Source: Eledone cirrhosa
Taxonomy: Eukaryota
Direction: 5' to 3'
Length of the DNA: 64,000 nt
Assembly (NCBI GenBank): GCA_964016885.1
Contig: OZ024746.1
Span: 96,162,001 to 96,226,000 of the forward strand
Shown here: piece after piece, positions 31,951 through 45,539 of the stretch
Position numbering within the stretch: position 1 is the stretch's first letter
Layout: every line of letters begins with the position of its first letter
Made by a program: the position numbers and the translations under genes
The notes under the pieces: model-generated
What the model saw: the letters and a program-made list of their open reading frames with translations, nothing else
The model's database searches: none
What the model was told of the DNA's origin: nothing

Positions 31951-32282
31951 TTATATATATATATATTATTGTCCAAGCTATTAACCCTTAACATCATGTA
32001 ATGATTTAGCAGAAATTATTTTTAAATGGGTTAGTTGATTTAAATGTTTATAGTATCTTTAGTGTACAAATCATTGTGAAAATTTGCAATATGAGAGTAA
32101 AGACTAGTTTTTAATGTGGTGAAATTATGACACTGTTTTGTACTTCTCAATAATGTCTCACTAATGTGGTTTCATATAGTTTTAGTGAAAATTTAATTTC
32201 TAATGTGATAGTCATAGTGCTGTTTTGTATTTTTCAAAAGTGTCTTGTAAATGAATCTTGATGCAGTTCAAGACGTTAAAAG

Positions 32283-32736
32283 TTAATCTTTAGCATGCTA
32301 GTAATTTTTATGTGTTGTCTCCCTTGATATTATGTTATCTATTAAAGGGAGATTATTCATATGGTACATTTTGTCACCTGCAGCATGCTGAAGGTTAATA
32401 AGTTTCTACTGCAACAGATCTACGTCATTGTGATGTCAGATTAATTGAAACATTTGAATAATATTTCTAGCTATGGTCCAGAAAATATTAAACAATGAGT
32501 CATGGTATTTACTTCAAAGATTTGGGCAGTTCTAGAATTTTCTATAAAACAAACCCAAGATAGAGCTAGAACAAAATGGAGAAGTTTGTGATGAAGTCCC
32601 AGCTTTAGCAGGAAAAAATGTCCTTAACCTTTAGCACCCTGGAGGCGACAAAATACACCATAGAGTAGTCTCCCTTTAATAGATAATACAGTGTCAAGGG
32701 AAACAACTCATAAAAATTCTAGCGTGCTAAAGATTA
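32283..32736. mobile_element. Two ~110-bp TTAA-flanked (piggyBac-like) MITEs in inverted orientation
   Basis: TTAA-TCTTTAGCA...TGCTGAAGG-TTAA (32283-32398) and TTAA-CCTTTAGCA...TGCTAAAGA-TTAA (32625-32736). Third copy at ~36968-37083. Confidence 0.65.
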
Positions 32737-32850
32737 AAATGGTTGTTGCGTTGTGTTGTGTTCAATTATAATTTGATTGATAAAACATTCAATTTTAAAT
32801 TGCTTCTTATTTTACAAATTATGGTTCCTTTTGTTTTTTTGTTCTTCTAG

Positions 32851-32956
32851 GCAGCAACACAGTTCAAGGTCAGCCTTAATCAACTCATGGAAAACCTGAT
32901 GTCAAAAGAACCTTCCTACGTCCGTTGTATTAAACCAAATGATTATAAGCGAGCTG
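32851..32956 (+). CDS. MYO1C: Class I myosin exon
   Basis: cttctAG / G|GTTAGT, 106 nt, phase 0/1. [35 protein letters not shown]. Confidence 0.96.
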
Positions 32957-34732
32957 GTTAGTCACCATTATTATATCCGTCGTTCAAATCCCGCCGAGGT
33001 TAACTTTGCCTTTCATCCTTACGGGGTCGCTAAAATAAAGTACCAGTAATACACTGGGTAATTGCTGGCCTTGTGCCTAACGTAGAAACAATTATTATGT
33101 CCGTCGTATTCGTTTTGGCTCAGTATTCTCTGAGTTCAAATCCTACCATGGTCAACTTAGCCATTCATCTAGGAGTCGATAAAATAAAGTAGCAGACAAG
33201 TACTTGAATCAATATAAGAACTCCTCTGATCATAAGGTCTGTTCAACTAGTCGTATGTATGGGCACATAACTCCTGATGGGATCGTCTCGTATGTATGTA
33301 TGGGCACATAACTCCTGATGGGATCGTCTTAGTGCCATATTGATATACAGTGTGTCTTGGGCATTCTAAACCAGGCGGTGTCTATCCCCTCTCCTGGTCT
33401 GAACAAAGTCGATTTTTCCCAGAGAAGAAGAGAGAGTGATAGAGAGGAAGTGAAAAGGGGATATAAAGGAAGAATCGACCCCAGTACTAGACTGGTACTT
33501 TTTTCATCGACCTTGAAAGGATGAAAGGTAAACTAGATTTCAGTGGGATTTGAACTGAGAGAGCCAGTAGGAATCCTCTGCTAATTCACTGCCTTTCCAT
33601 TTGAGTTGACCGCTATCAACATTATTTGATCAAAGTTTAGAAATATGTATGTATGGTCCCGTAACTCCTGATAGAATCATTGGGTGCCATTCAGCGTTTC
33701 TTGAGCATTTTAAGACTGGTGGAGCCCATCCCTCTCCAGGCCTAAATAGAGCAGATTTCTTCCAGAGAAAAATAGAAAGTGAGAGAGAGGAAAATGAGAA
33801 AGAGATATAGAGGAAGAATCGGCCCCAGTACTAGACTGGTACTTTTTTATCGACCTCGAATGGATGAAAGGCAAAGTTGACCTCAGCGCGATTTGAACTC
33901 AGAGAGCCGGAACTAATAACATAAAGCATTCTATCCAACGTTCTAACGACATTGCCAATTCACCGCCTATGTCTATAAATATAACTTCCGACAAAAGGAT
34001 GGGATCTAAGGGAGATAATTTTTTGGCAAGATTTTAATGAATTATCTATTTTTTTTGTATTATTTTGTTTTGTGTTTTATTACAATAATATAAACTATGT
34101 TTTGTATTCACAATTGAATAACTAATATTACAAATTATTTATAATTCTCACAGAATGAAAATATACACAAATAATATATACAATACTTAACAAATATATA
34201 AGATTAAACACACTGTTAATGTGGTTGGCGTTAGGAAGGGCATCCAGCCGTAGAAAACCAGCCAGAAACTCTCCTATATAAGCAAGACACAGTCACCTGA
34301 CCCAACTTGCCTCTAAATGGGACAAACCCGTCTAACCCATGCTAACGTGGAAGATAGACGTTAACCGATGATAATGATGAAAATTACCCTCAATTCACCA
34401 CCAAGACGACAATCAGCTGCACATCTATTTTGATACTTTAATATAAAATGGATAAATAGAAATGACTGCATTCGAACTTTTCTCATTAATTTGGATCCTC
34501 CCAACAAATAAATGGGCATGATAAACAGCTCTAAGCACCAGGAAAATTTATTTAAAAACTTCAAATCCTGTAACTATAAGGGAAATTCCTCTAATGAAAT
34601 TGTAATAGAAATGAAATCTAAAGCACAAGAATTTAGAAATGATGAAATATAATCTATACTATTGTGTGTTGTCTCTTTTGTTGTCTTTCTTGATATTTTG
34701 GTTTATCTTTGGTTTATTCTTCCTGAATTTAG

Positions 34733-34850
34733 ACCTCTTCGATGATCAAATTGTCTCTCATCAAGTGAAATACCTTGGCCTCATGGAAAATCTACGTGTA
34801 CGAAGAGCTGGCTTTGCTTACAGAAGACCATACGAAGTTTTCTTAAAAAG
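34733..34850 (+). CDS. MYO1C: Class I myosin exon (SH1/SH2 helix region)
   Basis: tttAG / AG|GTAAAT, 118 nt, phase 1/2. (D)[38 protein letters not shown](R). Confidence 0.96.
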
Positions 34851-36326
34851 GTAAATATGATCAAGAAATGTTTTGTTTTAAACATATTAAACATATATTT
34901 TTATGCCAACATCATCATCATCATTTAACGTCTGTTTTCCATGCTAGCATGGGTTAGATGGGTTGTGCCATTGGAGGCAAGCCGGGTCAGATCAGGTGAC
35001 CGTGTCTTGCTCATACAGAACTGATTCTGGCTTGGTTTCTAGGGCTGGTGCCCTTCCTAATGCCAAACCACATTTTCAGTGTGGACTAGGTGCTTTTTAT
35101 CATGGCACTGTAACAACCACTTTACAGTGTGGACTAGGTGCTTTTTGTTGTGTCTCCTACATGACCACTTTACAATGTGGAGACATATGGGGTGGGGATG
35201 GAGAGGGGTGGGAGGTGTATGGAAGAAGGAGAATAGTAGTTAACTGGTGTGTACTAAAATGTATGCTTCAGCCTGTGTACATGGGAAGGTGGGTCTTCTG
35301 TATTACTGCATATCACCAAAGATCTCAATCCAGTGTCATTGCCTTTGAGAGGTACAATTGTTTAAGGTCAGCTTTTATCACCTCATTGTGGGTCTTTCTG
35401 CTCCATGCGTCTTCCTTTTTATACAGCTGTCATCCTTCATATGCATCACATGACCATGCCAACACAATCTCCTCTATAACACACTGCATCTTATGCCTAG
35501 TTTCCATCTCAGTTTATTTACATTTATGCTTATTACTATTATACATTCATCGGAGCATGCAGGCTTCATTTCTTTCCAATCTTTACAGGTCCTCTGCACA
35601 CTGTGCCCAGGTTTCACTACCAGGCAACATTGCTGCATCATACAATCTGCTGTCATTTTGAAGGAAAAACCTTTTGCAGCTCGCAGTAGTAGTAGCTCCT
35701 TGAACTTTTTCCATCCCATCCTCACATACAATTAATAATTCTAAGTAAAGTGACTTGTTTAAAATATACTATATTTATCTGTATATAGCATGCACTTTTT
35801 TCCCCTAAAATTTGAAGCCTAAAAGCATACTGTATGATATATATGCATACTGCAAATGTGGTTGGTGTTAGAAAGGGCATCCAGCTGTAAAATACCCAGC
35901 CAAATTTACAGTCTTCGCCCGAGCAAGGTGTGACATGGCCAACCCTGGCCAGACCTGCCTCCTGGCAAAGACAACCGGTCTATCCCATGCAAGCATGGAA
36001 AAAACAGTCTCGCTTCGGGATCCAGCCAAATCAGTTGGAGATGGTTACTTCTGTCAGGACCTGCTGGATGGAGTGTTTGTGGACTCTGCCCTAACAACCC
36101 TCTCAGGAATAAGTGGGCAAAGAAGTTTTATGTGTTGTTTAGAGTATAGATTTTGTTTCATAACAACATTATGTAATGATTTTTTTCACAATTTCTGACC
36201 CTTTTAAAGGCCATATTCATTCAAAACAAATATTCACCCCCAAAAGTGAAACCAAACTAATATTCACCCCCAAAAGTGAAACCAAACTAATATTCACCCC
36301 CAAACTGAAAATATTTCAGCACCTCA

Positions 36327-36555
36327 TTTAACCCTTTAGCATTTAAACTGGCCATATCTGGCCAGAATTTTCTCACCACTTACTGTTCAAATTGGTCATA
36401 ACTAGCCACTCATACTGATGTTAAGGTAATGTTCTCAAAATGAATAATATCAAAATTTTATAGATTCGATATTATGTGAGATAATTATGAAGGTAAAGCC
36501 TTTACAGCAAAAATACAATAGTATATATAGAGTAATGAAAACACTAAAGGGTTAA
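36327..36555. mobile_element. TTAA-flanked piggyBac-like MITE
   Basis: TTAA-CCCTTTAG...CTAAAGGG-TTAA. Relatives at 38673-39367 and 39766-40124. Confidence 0.72.
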
Positions 36556-37144
36556 ATAGAATTTAATGCTGGTGTAAGTCAACCCCCAGCTTCCCGTGCT
36601 TTTCTTTTTTTGTCACATATTCCTTGGCTTTTATACAAGTACATATGGTAATCGACTTTCCCTTCACTCAAAATTGCTGACCTTGTGCTAAGATTAGAAT
36701 TGGCAGTATCGGTAGAGGGTTGAACGCCATGCTTTCCAGCATAGTTACGTCCCTTTACGGTCTGAGTTGAAATCCTGTCGAAGTTAACTTTGCCTTTCAT
36801 CCTTACGGGGTCGATAAAATAAAGTACCAGTAATGTACTGGGTAATTGCTGGCCTTGTGCCTAAAGTAGAAACAATTATTATAATTACATTGGATCATAT
36901 ATGTTTCAAATTTCAAATTTTACCAATGCTTCTTAAGTCAGCCATTGTTTACACTTGAACTTTCTAATTAATCTTTAGCACACTGAATGTTTTTATGGAT
37001 TGCTTCCCTTGACACTGTATTGTGTATTAAGGGGAGATAACTCTCTTGTCGCAATTTGTTGCCAACAGCGTGTTAAAGATTAATAAAGAAAACCAATTTG
37101 TTATTTTCAAATAACTCATTTAAAAGTATTTTTCCTTGTAACAG

Positions 37145-37258
37145 GTATAAATCCCTATGTCCTTCAACATGGCCTTCATTTAATGGAACCTGTAAAGACG
37201 GTGTCCAGTGTTTAGTGGAATACTTAAAGTATGAAGAAGATGAATATCGACTTGGAAA
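37145..37258 (+). CDS. MYO1C: Class I myosin exon (converter); last exon recognisable in window
   Basis: taacAG / AA|GTAAGT, 114 nt, phase 2/2. (R)YKSLCPSTWPSFNGTCKDGVQCLVEYLKYEEDEYRLG(K). Confidence 0.95.
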
Positions 37259-38810
37259 GTAAGTTTTTTTTACTTTTTATCAATAAAGTGACACCTCGCA
37301 GTATGAGTTTAATTCATTCCAGGGCTGAGCTCATTCTTTATGGGTTTTAAAACAGAAAAGATGCAGTTACAATGAAAATAACAATTATAAAAACACAACA
37401 AAAGAGAATATAAAAGAAATAAGTAAATTGGTTTTATTGACTGTATGAAACTGGTACTGCGGATTTCCACTGGTACTACAAGACAAAATTTTGCTCAAGC
37501 CTCGGCTAGTACAGCAAATTACTGGTACAATTGGGGCACTCATATTGCGAGGTTCTACTGTATAGGGAACATTGATGGTTTTTCTAATGAAATACACTCC
37601 ATTTCAATTAATTAACCCAATAGTTACCAACCTGGCCAAAACCAGCTCTGGTCCTATGAAATAAAACCACTCATTTTAAAGGTTTCCAATTTAAATTAAA
37701 ATCTTCCACAGTTTATATAAGAATCTTACATTAAGTTACTATCTTAGTAATGAAATAATTAATAATTTTAGTAAATCCCTCAAAATACTTCATTAATTAA
37801 TTATAATTTGATGGATTTACTAAAATTATTAATTATTTCATTACTAAAATAGTAACTTAATGTAGACAATCATGAAATCTAACTATTTTTTTTGTTTTTG
37901 TTTTTTGTGATATTCTTATATTCTTTTATTTGTCTCCGTCATTAGACTGTGGCCAAGCTGGGGCACTGTCTTGATTTAGTCAATCATGATTGATCCCATT
38001 ATTTATAATTCTTTCTTTCAAACCTCTAATTAATATTATATAAACATAAACACACAGGCACACAGGACCTATGAGGGGGGGGGGTCCAGCTGGTACTTTG
38101 TTCCGGGACCCAAGAGCTAAGAAGGACTCACAGCAACCATGTAACATCCATTTTGAGAAAGATCTTTTCCTGCTTCAGGCCCCAAAGGGGTCTTGTACTG
38201 CCTTGTAAAATTTCTCTTGGAGGCCCTGTATACACACACACACTCACACACAAGCATACACACACACAAACACACACACTGACATACACACACATACAAA
38301 CACACACACACATACACAAACACACATACACACACACACACTGACATACACACACACATACAAACACACGTATGCACACACTCAGAAACAAAGTGCTACT
38401 GCAGTTTCCATCAACCAAATTCCAATGACAAGACAATGGCCAACCTGATGTAGTAGTAGGCATTTACCTATGGTGCTACACAGCAACATGTGTGTGTATG
38501 TGTGTATATGTCTGTGTGTATGTGTGCATGCATCTACGTGTCTGTCCATCTGTGTGTATGTGTCAGTGTATGAGTGTCTTTGTATGTGTGTTAGTGTGTG
38601 TGTCTGTGTAAGTGTGTGTGGTGCTACACAGCTAGATTGAACCCAGAATCACATGACTCTTGAAGTGAATACCTTAACCCTTTAGCATTTAAACCACCCA
38701 TATCTGGCCAGAATTCTCTCGCCTCTTTCTGTTCAAACCGGCTGCTCATACTTGTGTTAAGGTATTGTTCTCAAAATAAATAATATCAAAATCTCTTAGA
38801 TTCAATGTTA

Positions 38811-39355
38811 TGTGAGGTAAAGTCTTTACTGTGAAAATACAATAGTATATATAGAGTAATGTAAATGTTGTGAGGTATTATGTGAGGTAAAGCCTTTACT
38901 GTGAAAATACAATAGTATATATAGAGTAATGTAAATGTTGTGAGGTATTATGTGAGGTAAAGCCTTTACTGTGAAAATACAATAGTATATATAGAGTAAT
39001 GTAAATGTTGTGAGGTATTATGTGAGGTAAAGCCTTTACTGTGAAAATACAATAGTATATATAGAGTAATGTAAATGTTGTGAGATATTATGTGAGGTAA
39101 AGTCTTTACTGTGAAAATACAATAGTATATATAGAGTAATGTAAATGTTGTGAGATATTATGTGAGGTAAAGTCTTTACTGTGAAAATACAATAGTATAT
39201 ATAGAGTAATGTAAATGTTGTGAGATATTATGTGAGGTAAAGTCTTTACTGTGAAAATACAATAGTATATATATAGTAATGTAAATGTTGTGAGATATTA
39301 TGTGAGGTAAAGCCTTTACTGTGAAAATACAATAGTATATATAGAGTAATGTAAA
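38811..39355 (+). repeat. 70-bp minisatellite (~8 copies) expanded inside a piggyBac-like MITE
   Basis: Unit TGTGAGGTAAAGYCTTTACTGTGAAAATACAATAGTATATATAGAGTAATGTAAATGTTGTGAGRTATTA. Present essentially once in the 36327 relative. Confidence 0.92.
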
Positions 39356-39539
39356 TGGTAAAGGGTGAAATAATGAGAAAATTAGTGGAAAAGTTTATTC
39401 CTGAAGTTAACTTGCAAGTGGCTGAGCATTGGGCTCTGGGCCTAGAGTGTAGTGGTAATGGGGCTGCACCCCATGGACATGACCTAAATAACATTCCCGC
39501 AGGCAATGACCAGTGACAACCACTGCAACAGAGCCACCC

Positions 39540-39695
39540 TACCCCACCTTATGGGACTCCTTCGTCAGATGGGTTGCCGACGTTCCGATCTTGTGGAGGA
39601 GCTCAGCAATACGGGGTCCAAGTACACCTGAGGTCTCGACGGTGACCAATGCGAAGAGAAAGTTTCTATTTATCCAGTTTCTCTCTAACCATTTG
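39540..39695 (-). mobile_element. CRE-like RLE fragment
   Basis: Minus strand RNFLFALVTVETSGVLGPRIAELLHKIG resembles the F.P..VET.G..GP....L..IG motif. Confidence 0.55.
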
Positions 39696-40129
39696 GATCA
39701 ACCTGAGGCTATGTTAAAGACACTTATCCAACATGTAAACTTCTTCACCATTCAAACATGCTGTATTTAACCCTTTTACCATTCAACTAGCATAGTTACG
39801 TCCCTTTACATTCTGAGTTCAAATCCCGCCGAGGTTAACTTTGCCTTTCATCCTTACGGGGTCGATAAAATAAAGTACCAGTAATGTACTGGGTAATTGC
39901 TGGCCTTGTGCCTAAAAGTAGAAACAATTATTTTATATATACTATTATATTTTCATAGTAAAGGCTTTACCTCACATAATATCTCACATAATATCGAATC
40001 TATGAGATTTTGAAAGTATTTATTTTGAGAACAATACCTTAACATCAGTATGAGTGACCAGTTACAGCCAGTTTCAACAGAAAGAGGTAGAGAATTCTGG
40101 CCTGTTTGAACATTAAAGGGTTAATATTT

Positions 40130-40703
40130 CTTGTGTGTAGGTATGTCAGTTAGTGTGTGCGTGTGTATCGGTATGCATGCGTCTTTCAGTGTGTTCATCT
40201 CTGTGTATGTGTGTATATTTGTCTATGTGTGTGTGTTTCTGTGTGTGTTCATCTGTGTATGTGTGTATATTTGTCTATGTGTGTGTCCAACTCTTTGTAT
40301 ATGTCTATGTGTCTAAGTGTGTGTCCAACTCTGTGTATGTGTGTATATTTGTCTGTGCGTGTCCAACTCTGTGTGTGTGTGTATATTTGTCTGTGTGTGT
40401 GTCTGTGCGTGTCCAACTCTGTGTGTATATTTGTCTGTGTTTGTGTGTCTGTGCGTGTCCAACTCTGTGTGTATATTTGTCTGTGTTTGTGTGTCTGTGC
40501 GTGTCCAACTCTGTGTGTGTATATTTGTCTGTGTTTGTGTGTCTGTGCGTGTCCAACTCTGTGTGTGTATATTTGTTTGTGTGTGTGTCGGTATGCATGT
40601 GACTTTGTGTGTAAATATATATGTCTGTGTATGTATGTATGTGTGCGTGTGTGTGTCAGTGCATGTCTTTGTATGTCTCCATCTGTGTGTATGTGTATAT
40701 ATG

Positions 40704-40734
<31 letters not shown>

Positions 40735-41040
40735 CTATGTGCGTGCATCTCTGTGTATATGTATATATGTCTATATATGTGTCAGTGTGCATGTATCTTT
40801 GTGTGTGGGTGTATATGTATATATGTCTGTGTATGTGTGTATATGTCTGTATATGTGTATCTATGTGTATGTGTGTGAAGGTGTGAATGTGTATGTGTGC
40901 ATATGTGTGTGTGAATATGTGTATGTGTGCATATGTGTATGTGTGTATATGTTTATGTCTGTGTGTATATGTATGGGTGTGTGTATGTGTATATATGTCT
41001 ATCTGTATGTATGTCTCTCTGTCTCTGTGTGTGTGTATAT
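40130..41040. repeat. GT/AT-rich low-complexity region with a ~40-bp subrepeat
   Basis: Repeated GTGTCCAACTCTGTGTGT..ATATTTGTCTGT. Confidence 0.9.
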
Positions 41041-42277
41041 TTTGGCGGCCCAGTTTGAGGCAGGTCAGGTCAGGTGTCATCCTCATACAGAACTGTTTCT
41101 GGCTTGGGTTCTATGGCTGGATGCCCTTCCTAATGCCAACCACATTTACAGTGTGGACTGGGTGTTTTTTGTTGTGACACCTACACGACCACTTTACAGT
41201 GTGAACTGGGTGTTTTTTGTTGTGACACCTACATGACCACTTTGGAGTGTGGACTAGGTGCTTTTTGTCATGACACCAACATGACCACTTTACAGTGTGG
41301 TCTGGGTGCTTTTTGTTATGACACCAACATGACCACTTTACAGTGTGGTCTGGGTGCTTTTTGTTATGACACTAACATGACCACTTTACAGTGTGGGCTG
41401 GGTACTTTTTGTTGTGACACCTACATGACCACTTTACAGTGTGGACTGGGTGTTTTTTGTTGTGACACCTAGATGACCACTTTACGTTAAACGATGATAA
41501 TGATGATGAGGGCTTACTTGGCTAACTAACCCTTGCTCCAACGTGGAAAATGACCTTTAATGATAACACTTGAAGATCTGATAGTTCATGTCATTGATAC
41601 CTTTGGAAAAGGCATGAACACTGTAACTTCTCACCCTTTCTCCCCCCAAAAAACTATTTTTTTTATTCTTAAATTGTTATTAATTAAGAAATAGTTATTT
41701 TTCAATATTTGACTTAAACACACAGTCACTATTTCGCTTTATTATTGATTTCCAACCGAGGCACATACACCCCGCCCCGCCGCCTCCCATACACACGTGC
41801 ACTATTCCGTTATTGGTTCAGTGAATTTGGAAGAGGGATCCATGGAGATTTTGGCATCGGACGCATTTCTCAGCTCCAAAACAGTTCTTTGTTCATTTTG
41901 GAAATTTGAGTTTAGATAATGGAAGTATGAGTAAGAGCTAGGGAAGTATTAAGACTGGGAGATGACTCAAGCTTAAACTACGCCGCACTGACTCAGGCTG
42001 GGACAGACTGATGCTAGTTATTTCCCTTTGTTAATACGTTTCCCCCTCCGCCACCATCGCTGATTTCTATTGCTATTTCTCTTCTCTCTTCATGTAATAG
42101 TATTTCTTTAATGCTTGGAAAGGGGGGTGAGTGGTACCATCAACATAACATCCTTCTTGCCTACTACAGGTTTCAACCCTCTATTATATAATAGCGTGAC
42201 AATGGTGGAAATAACAGTGAATACATATATAACAATAAAATGAAGATGTACGAATAAAACTATCTCTCGTGTGTGTT

Positions 42278-42335
<58 letters not shown>

Positions 42336-42367
42336 TAAGAGAGACAGTTTTATTCGTGTATATATAT

Positions 42368-42533
42368 AATGAATCCCCTGAATTCGCGGTCCCGGTTATT
42401 CGCGGAATTTTCTTTGGAACCTAACTAATAATTGTTCGTGTAAACTACCGCATATTTGCGGAATTGTAAATATCTTCCGCGATTGTTTTAATGGTTTTTC
42501 GTGGCAATATATATATATTTTTTATATGTATAT

Positions 42534-42564
<31 letters not shown>

Positions 42565-42778
42565 AACGCTAAATTAATAACGATACACCGTATGTGTCGC
42601 CCTATTGGACGCCCCTTTGCATAAGACGCTCCCCCTTTTTTAAAATTATATTTTACGTTATATTTTGACGTTTATATGCATTTTTATGGACCACGTCCGA
42701 TATTCGCGGTTCTTCACTCCTCGCAGGTACTCAAGGAACGTAAATCCCCCTTTCCGCGAATACTGGGGGACAACTGTA
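42368..42778. mobile_element. Tc1/mariner (pogo/Tigger-like) MITE
   Basis: Degenerate TIRs ..ATCCCCTGAATTCGCGG / CCGCGAATACTGGGGGACAACTG-TA, in a TA context. Confidence 0.5.
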
Positions 42779-43794
42779 TATATATAGAGAGAGAGAGAGA
42801 GAAACGAAATGTTTGGCTACTACAAGTTAGATTCCTATTATCAACTTTTACATCTGGTATTCATTCATTGAATAAATAAATAATAAATAAATGATTGTAA
42901 ATAAATAATGTACCAGTGATATTCCGCGTCAAAATCATCAACTGGACCTTTTTTATTCATATAAAGAAATTCCGGCATTTTGTATTTTCGTCTGTTTTGT
43001 TGTTTGTTATGCTTTTGTTAATTTAGAGGGTGAGTTACTAAAATTCCTTAAGATGAGTCAAAGTAATAAGTACATGAGATCATTAATGAAATAAACCCAC
43101 TCCGTCACCTTTCGTGACCAACTAAACTGTTTTACTGCTTTAAAATATTCCCTAGCAGAACATCCGGCTGCAGTCGACATATATAGAAGTTTGTAAAATA
43201 ATTGTTTCTATTTTTGGCACAAGGCCAGCAATTATCTCAGTGCATTACTGGTACTTTATTTTACGAGGTCGATAAAATAAAGCAACAGTAATGTACTGGG
43301 ATAATTGTTGGCCTTGTAAAAATAGAAACAATTATTTTACAAACTTCTATATATTTTTAAATAGTTTCAGTAATTTGTGGTCTGATTTAATAGCCTACAA
43401 CCACATCTCTCTCTCTCTCATATCCTTGAGTCTATCATTCTAAATGCTTTGCAGCATTTAGCTAAAGGTCTTTACGGTCGGAGTTCAAATCCTGTTGAAG
43501 TCAACTTTCCCTTTCATTTTTCCGGTGTCGATGAAATAAAGTACCAGTGAAGTACTGGGTTCGATGGAATCAACTGGTTTTGTGTCTAAATTATAAATAA
43601 TCATGCGGGTAGCCAACACCGTGCCGATGGTGGTGAGTAGGTAGGTGGTCCTTGGGGCAAGGATACTAGAAGTCTCCACTGCTACGGATATTTGGAGAAT
43701 TTACCCTCCTCAGCCCGAAGTGCAGCAGAGCCTGGATTAGTCGCACACTTCACCGGGTTGTCGCCGGAGAAAGTATCGCTGCATTACTTTAGAA

Positions 43795-44118
43795 CAGCGG
43801 TCGCCAACCGGTGGTCCGAGAGAAAATGTTGGTGGTCCGCATAAAAATGTGGACATTATTTGCAATTTTTATGTTTTATCAATAATAAAACATAATATTC
43901 GGTTAAAATATTTTATAAACGAACTAAAAAAATGTTTCTCGTCAGTAAAGAACTAACAGCCATGAAAGAATTTTACACAAACGTATCATCTATCGACAAT
44001 ATGACACGTACACTTCAGTATTGTTTCGACCATTGACGATTAATTCATATTAGTGGTCCGCGGGATTTAAAATTACGAATTTAGTGGTCCGGGAGATCTG
44101 AAAGGTTGTCGACCGCTA
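43795..44118. mobile_element. hAT-type MITE
   Basis: TIRs CAGCGGTCGCCAACC / GGTTGTCGACCGCTA. Perfect 8-bp TSD CTTTAGAA at 43787-43794 and 44119-44126. Confidence 0.85.
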
Positions 44119-45539
44119 CTTTAGAAGAATACAAGTGGTGGTTAGTGGCAGAATCGGTAGAGCACCGACAAAAGTAACACTCCTGTTTCGTCTTTATCTT
44201 ATTTACATCATTCCTCTAAGTTGATAAAATACTAAAGTCGAGTTGATTGTCTTTAAAGTGGGCGATATCGATCTACCGGAGTCGATAGGACTACCAAGGG
44301 AATCGATTGAATTTTGAGGCCAAAACCTGAAGTGTTTATAAGAGATTAAAGTATGGAATATATACCATAAAATACAACTTGCTTGTACATGTTTCTAATA
44401 TATTTTTTAATTAATCTTAATCGTATAATAATTTTATTTTATTTTTTATTACAGTAAAGACATTTTATTCCCAGTTGTGTATATAACATTACAAATTGTT
44501 CACAATTCTTTCAGAATGAAAATATAAACACATATAATAAATACAATTAATTGTTTCTACTTTTGGCACAAGACCAGCAATTACCCAGTGTATTACTGGT
44601 ACTTTATTTTATCGACCCCGTAAGGATGAAAGGCAAAGTTAACCTCGGCGGGATTTGAAATCAGACCATAAAGGGCCGTAACTCTACAATTAATAAACAA
44701 TTAACTATTGCTAAAATATGTGATCAGAGCGAGAGAAAGAAGAAAAAGGAGTGGGGCAAAAAACAAGTATGAGCTGGCTAGCCGCAGGTGTGAGCCTCGC
44801 GAGATGGAATGACTCTTCCAGCGCATCTCCATTCTGTCGGCCGGGGCCATGGGGCGGCCGGCACGTGGGGCCCCCATTTGTTCATAATACAGAGAGATGG
44901 GGGAGGGCGAGAGAGATGGAGTCGATGAGAGTCGAAGTTCGACTCTTCCGGATACATTTATCAACTCTGTGCACCTCTCAGCTGTAAGAACTCTATTATC
45001 CATTATTTTACCATTCCCCCTTTCATCCTTACGGGGTCGATAAAATAAAGTACCAGTAATTCACTGGGTATTGCTGGCCTTGTGCCAAAAGTAGAAAGAA
45101 TTATTTTACCATTCACCACCAAGTGTGACAATCGGCGGCATATCACATCACAATGGTCAAGGGGATATTTTGAGGCAAGCCAACATGCTCGTAACATTAC
45201 AACGGGTGATGGCGAGGGTAAGGCGCTGAAACAGCAAGTCTACTTTATAGCTTGTTTACTGATTTATTTATTTTTGTACATACCAAGGAGTTGATAAGGG
45301 GTCGAGGATTTCATGAAAGAGTCGATGGTTTAAAAAGTTAAGGGATCTCTGGTTTATAATCTTCCTGCTGAGAATTTAATATTTCATGAAATATTACTGT
45401 TGTTTCTTCCGTTTTAGATCTCGAGTTAACTGATAAGGTTGTAGTAGGCTAAATGGAGTATAAATAGAATTTAGTGCACACTAATGTAGTCGTGGCATTC
45501 GTTTATCAGAGGGACTAGTATATTTTTGGTTTCATTTAC

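Noticed and set aside
40131-41236. Cys/Val-rich ORFs
   Set aside because: (GT)n/(AT)n low-complexity translation artefacts.
43027-43029. 3-nt microexon (tttAG|AGG|GTGAGT) of the myosin
   Set aside because: No support beyond splice-like motifs, and it would insert a residue in the conserved GKTKIF motif.
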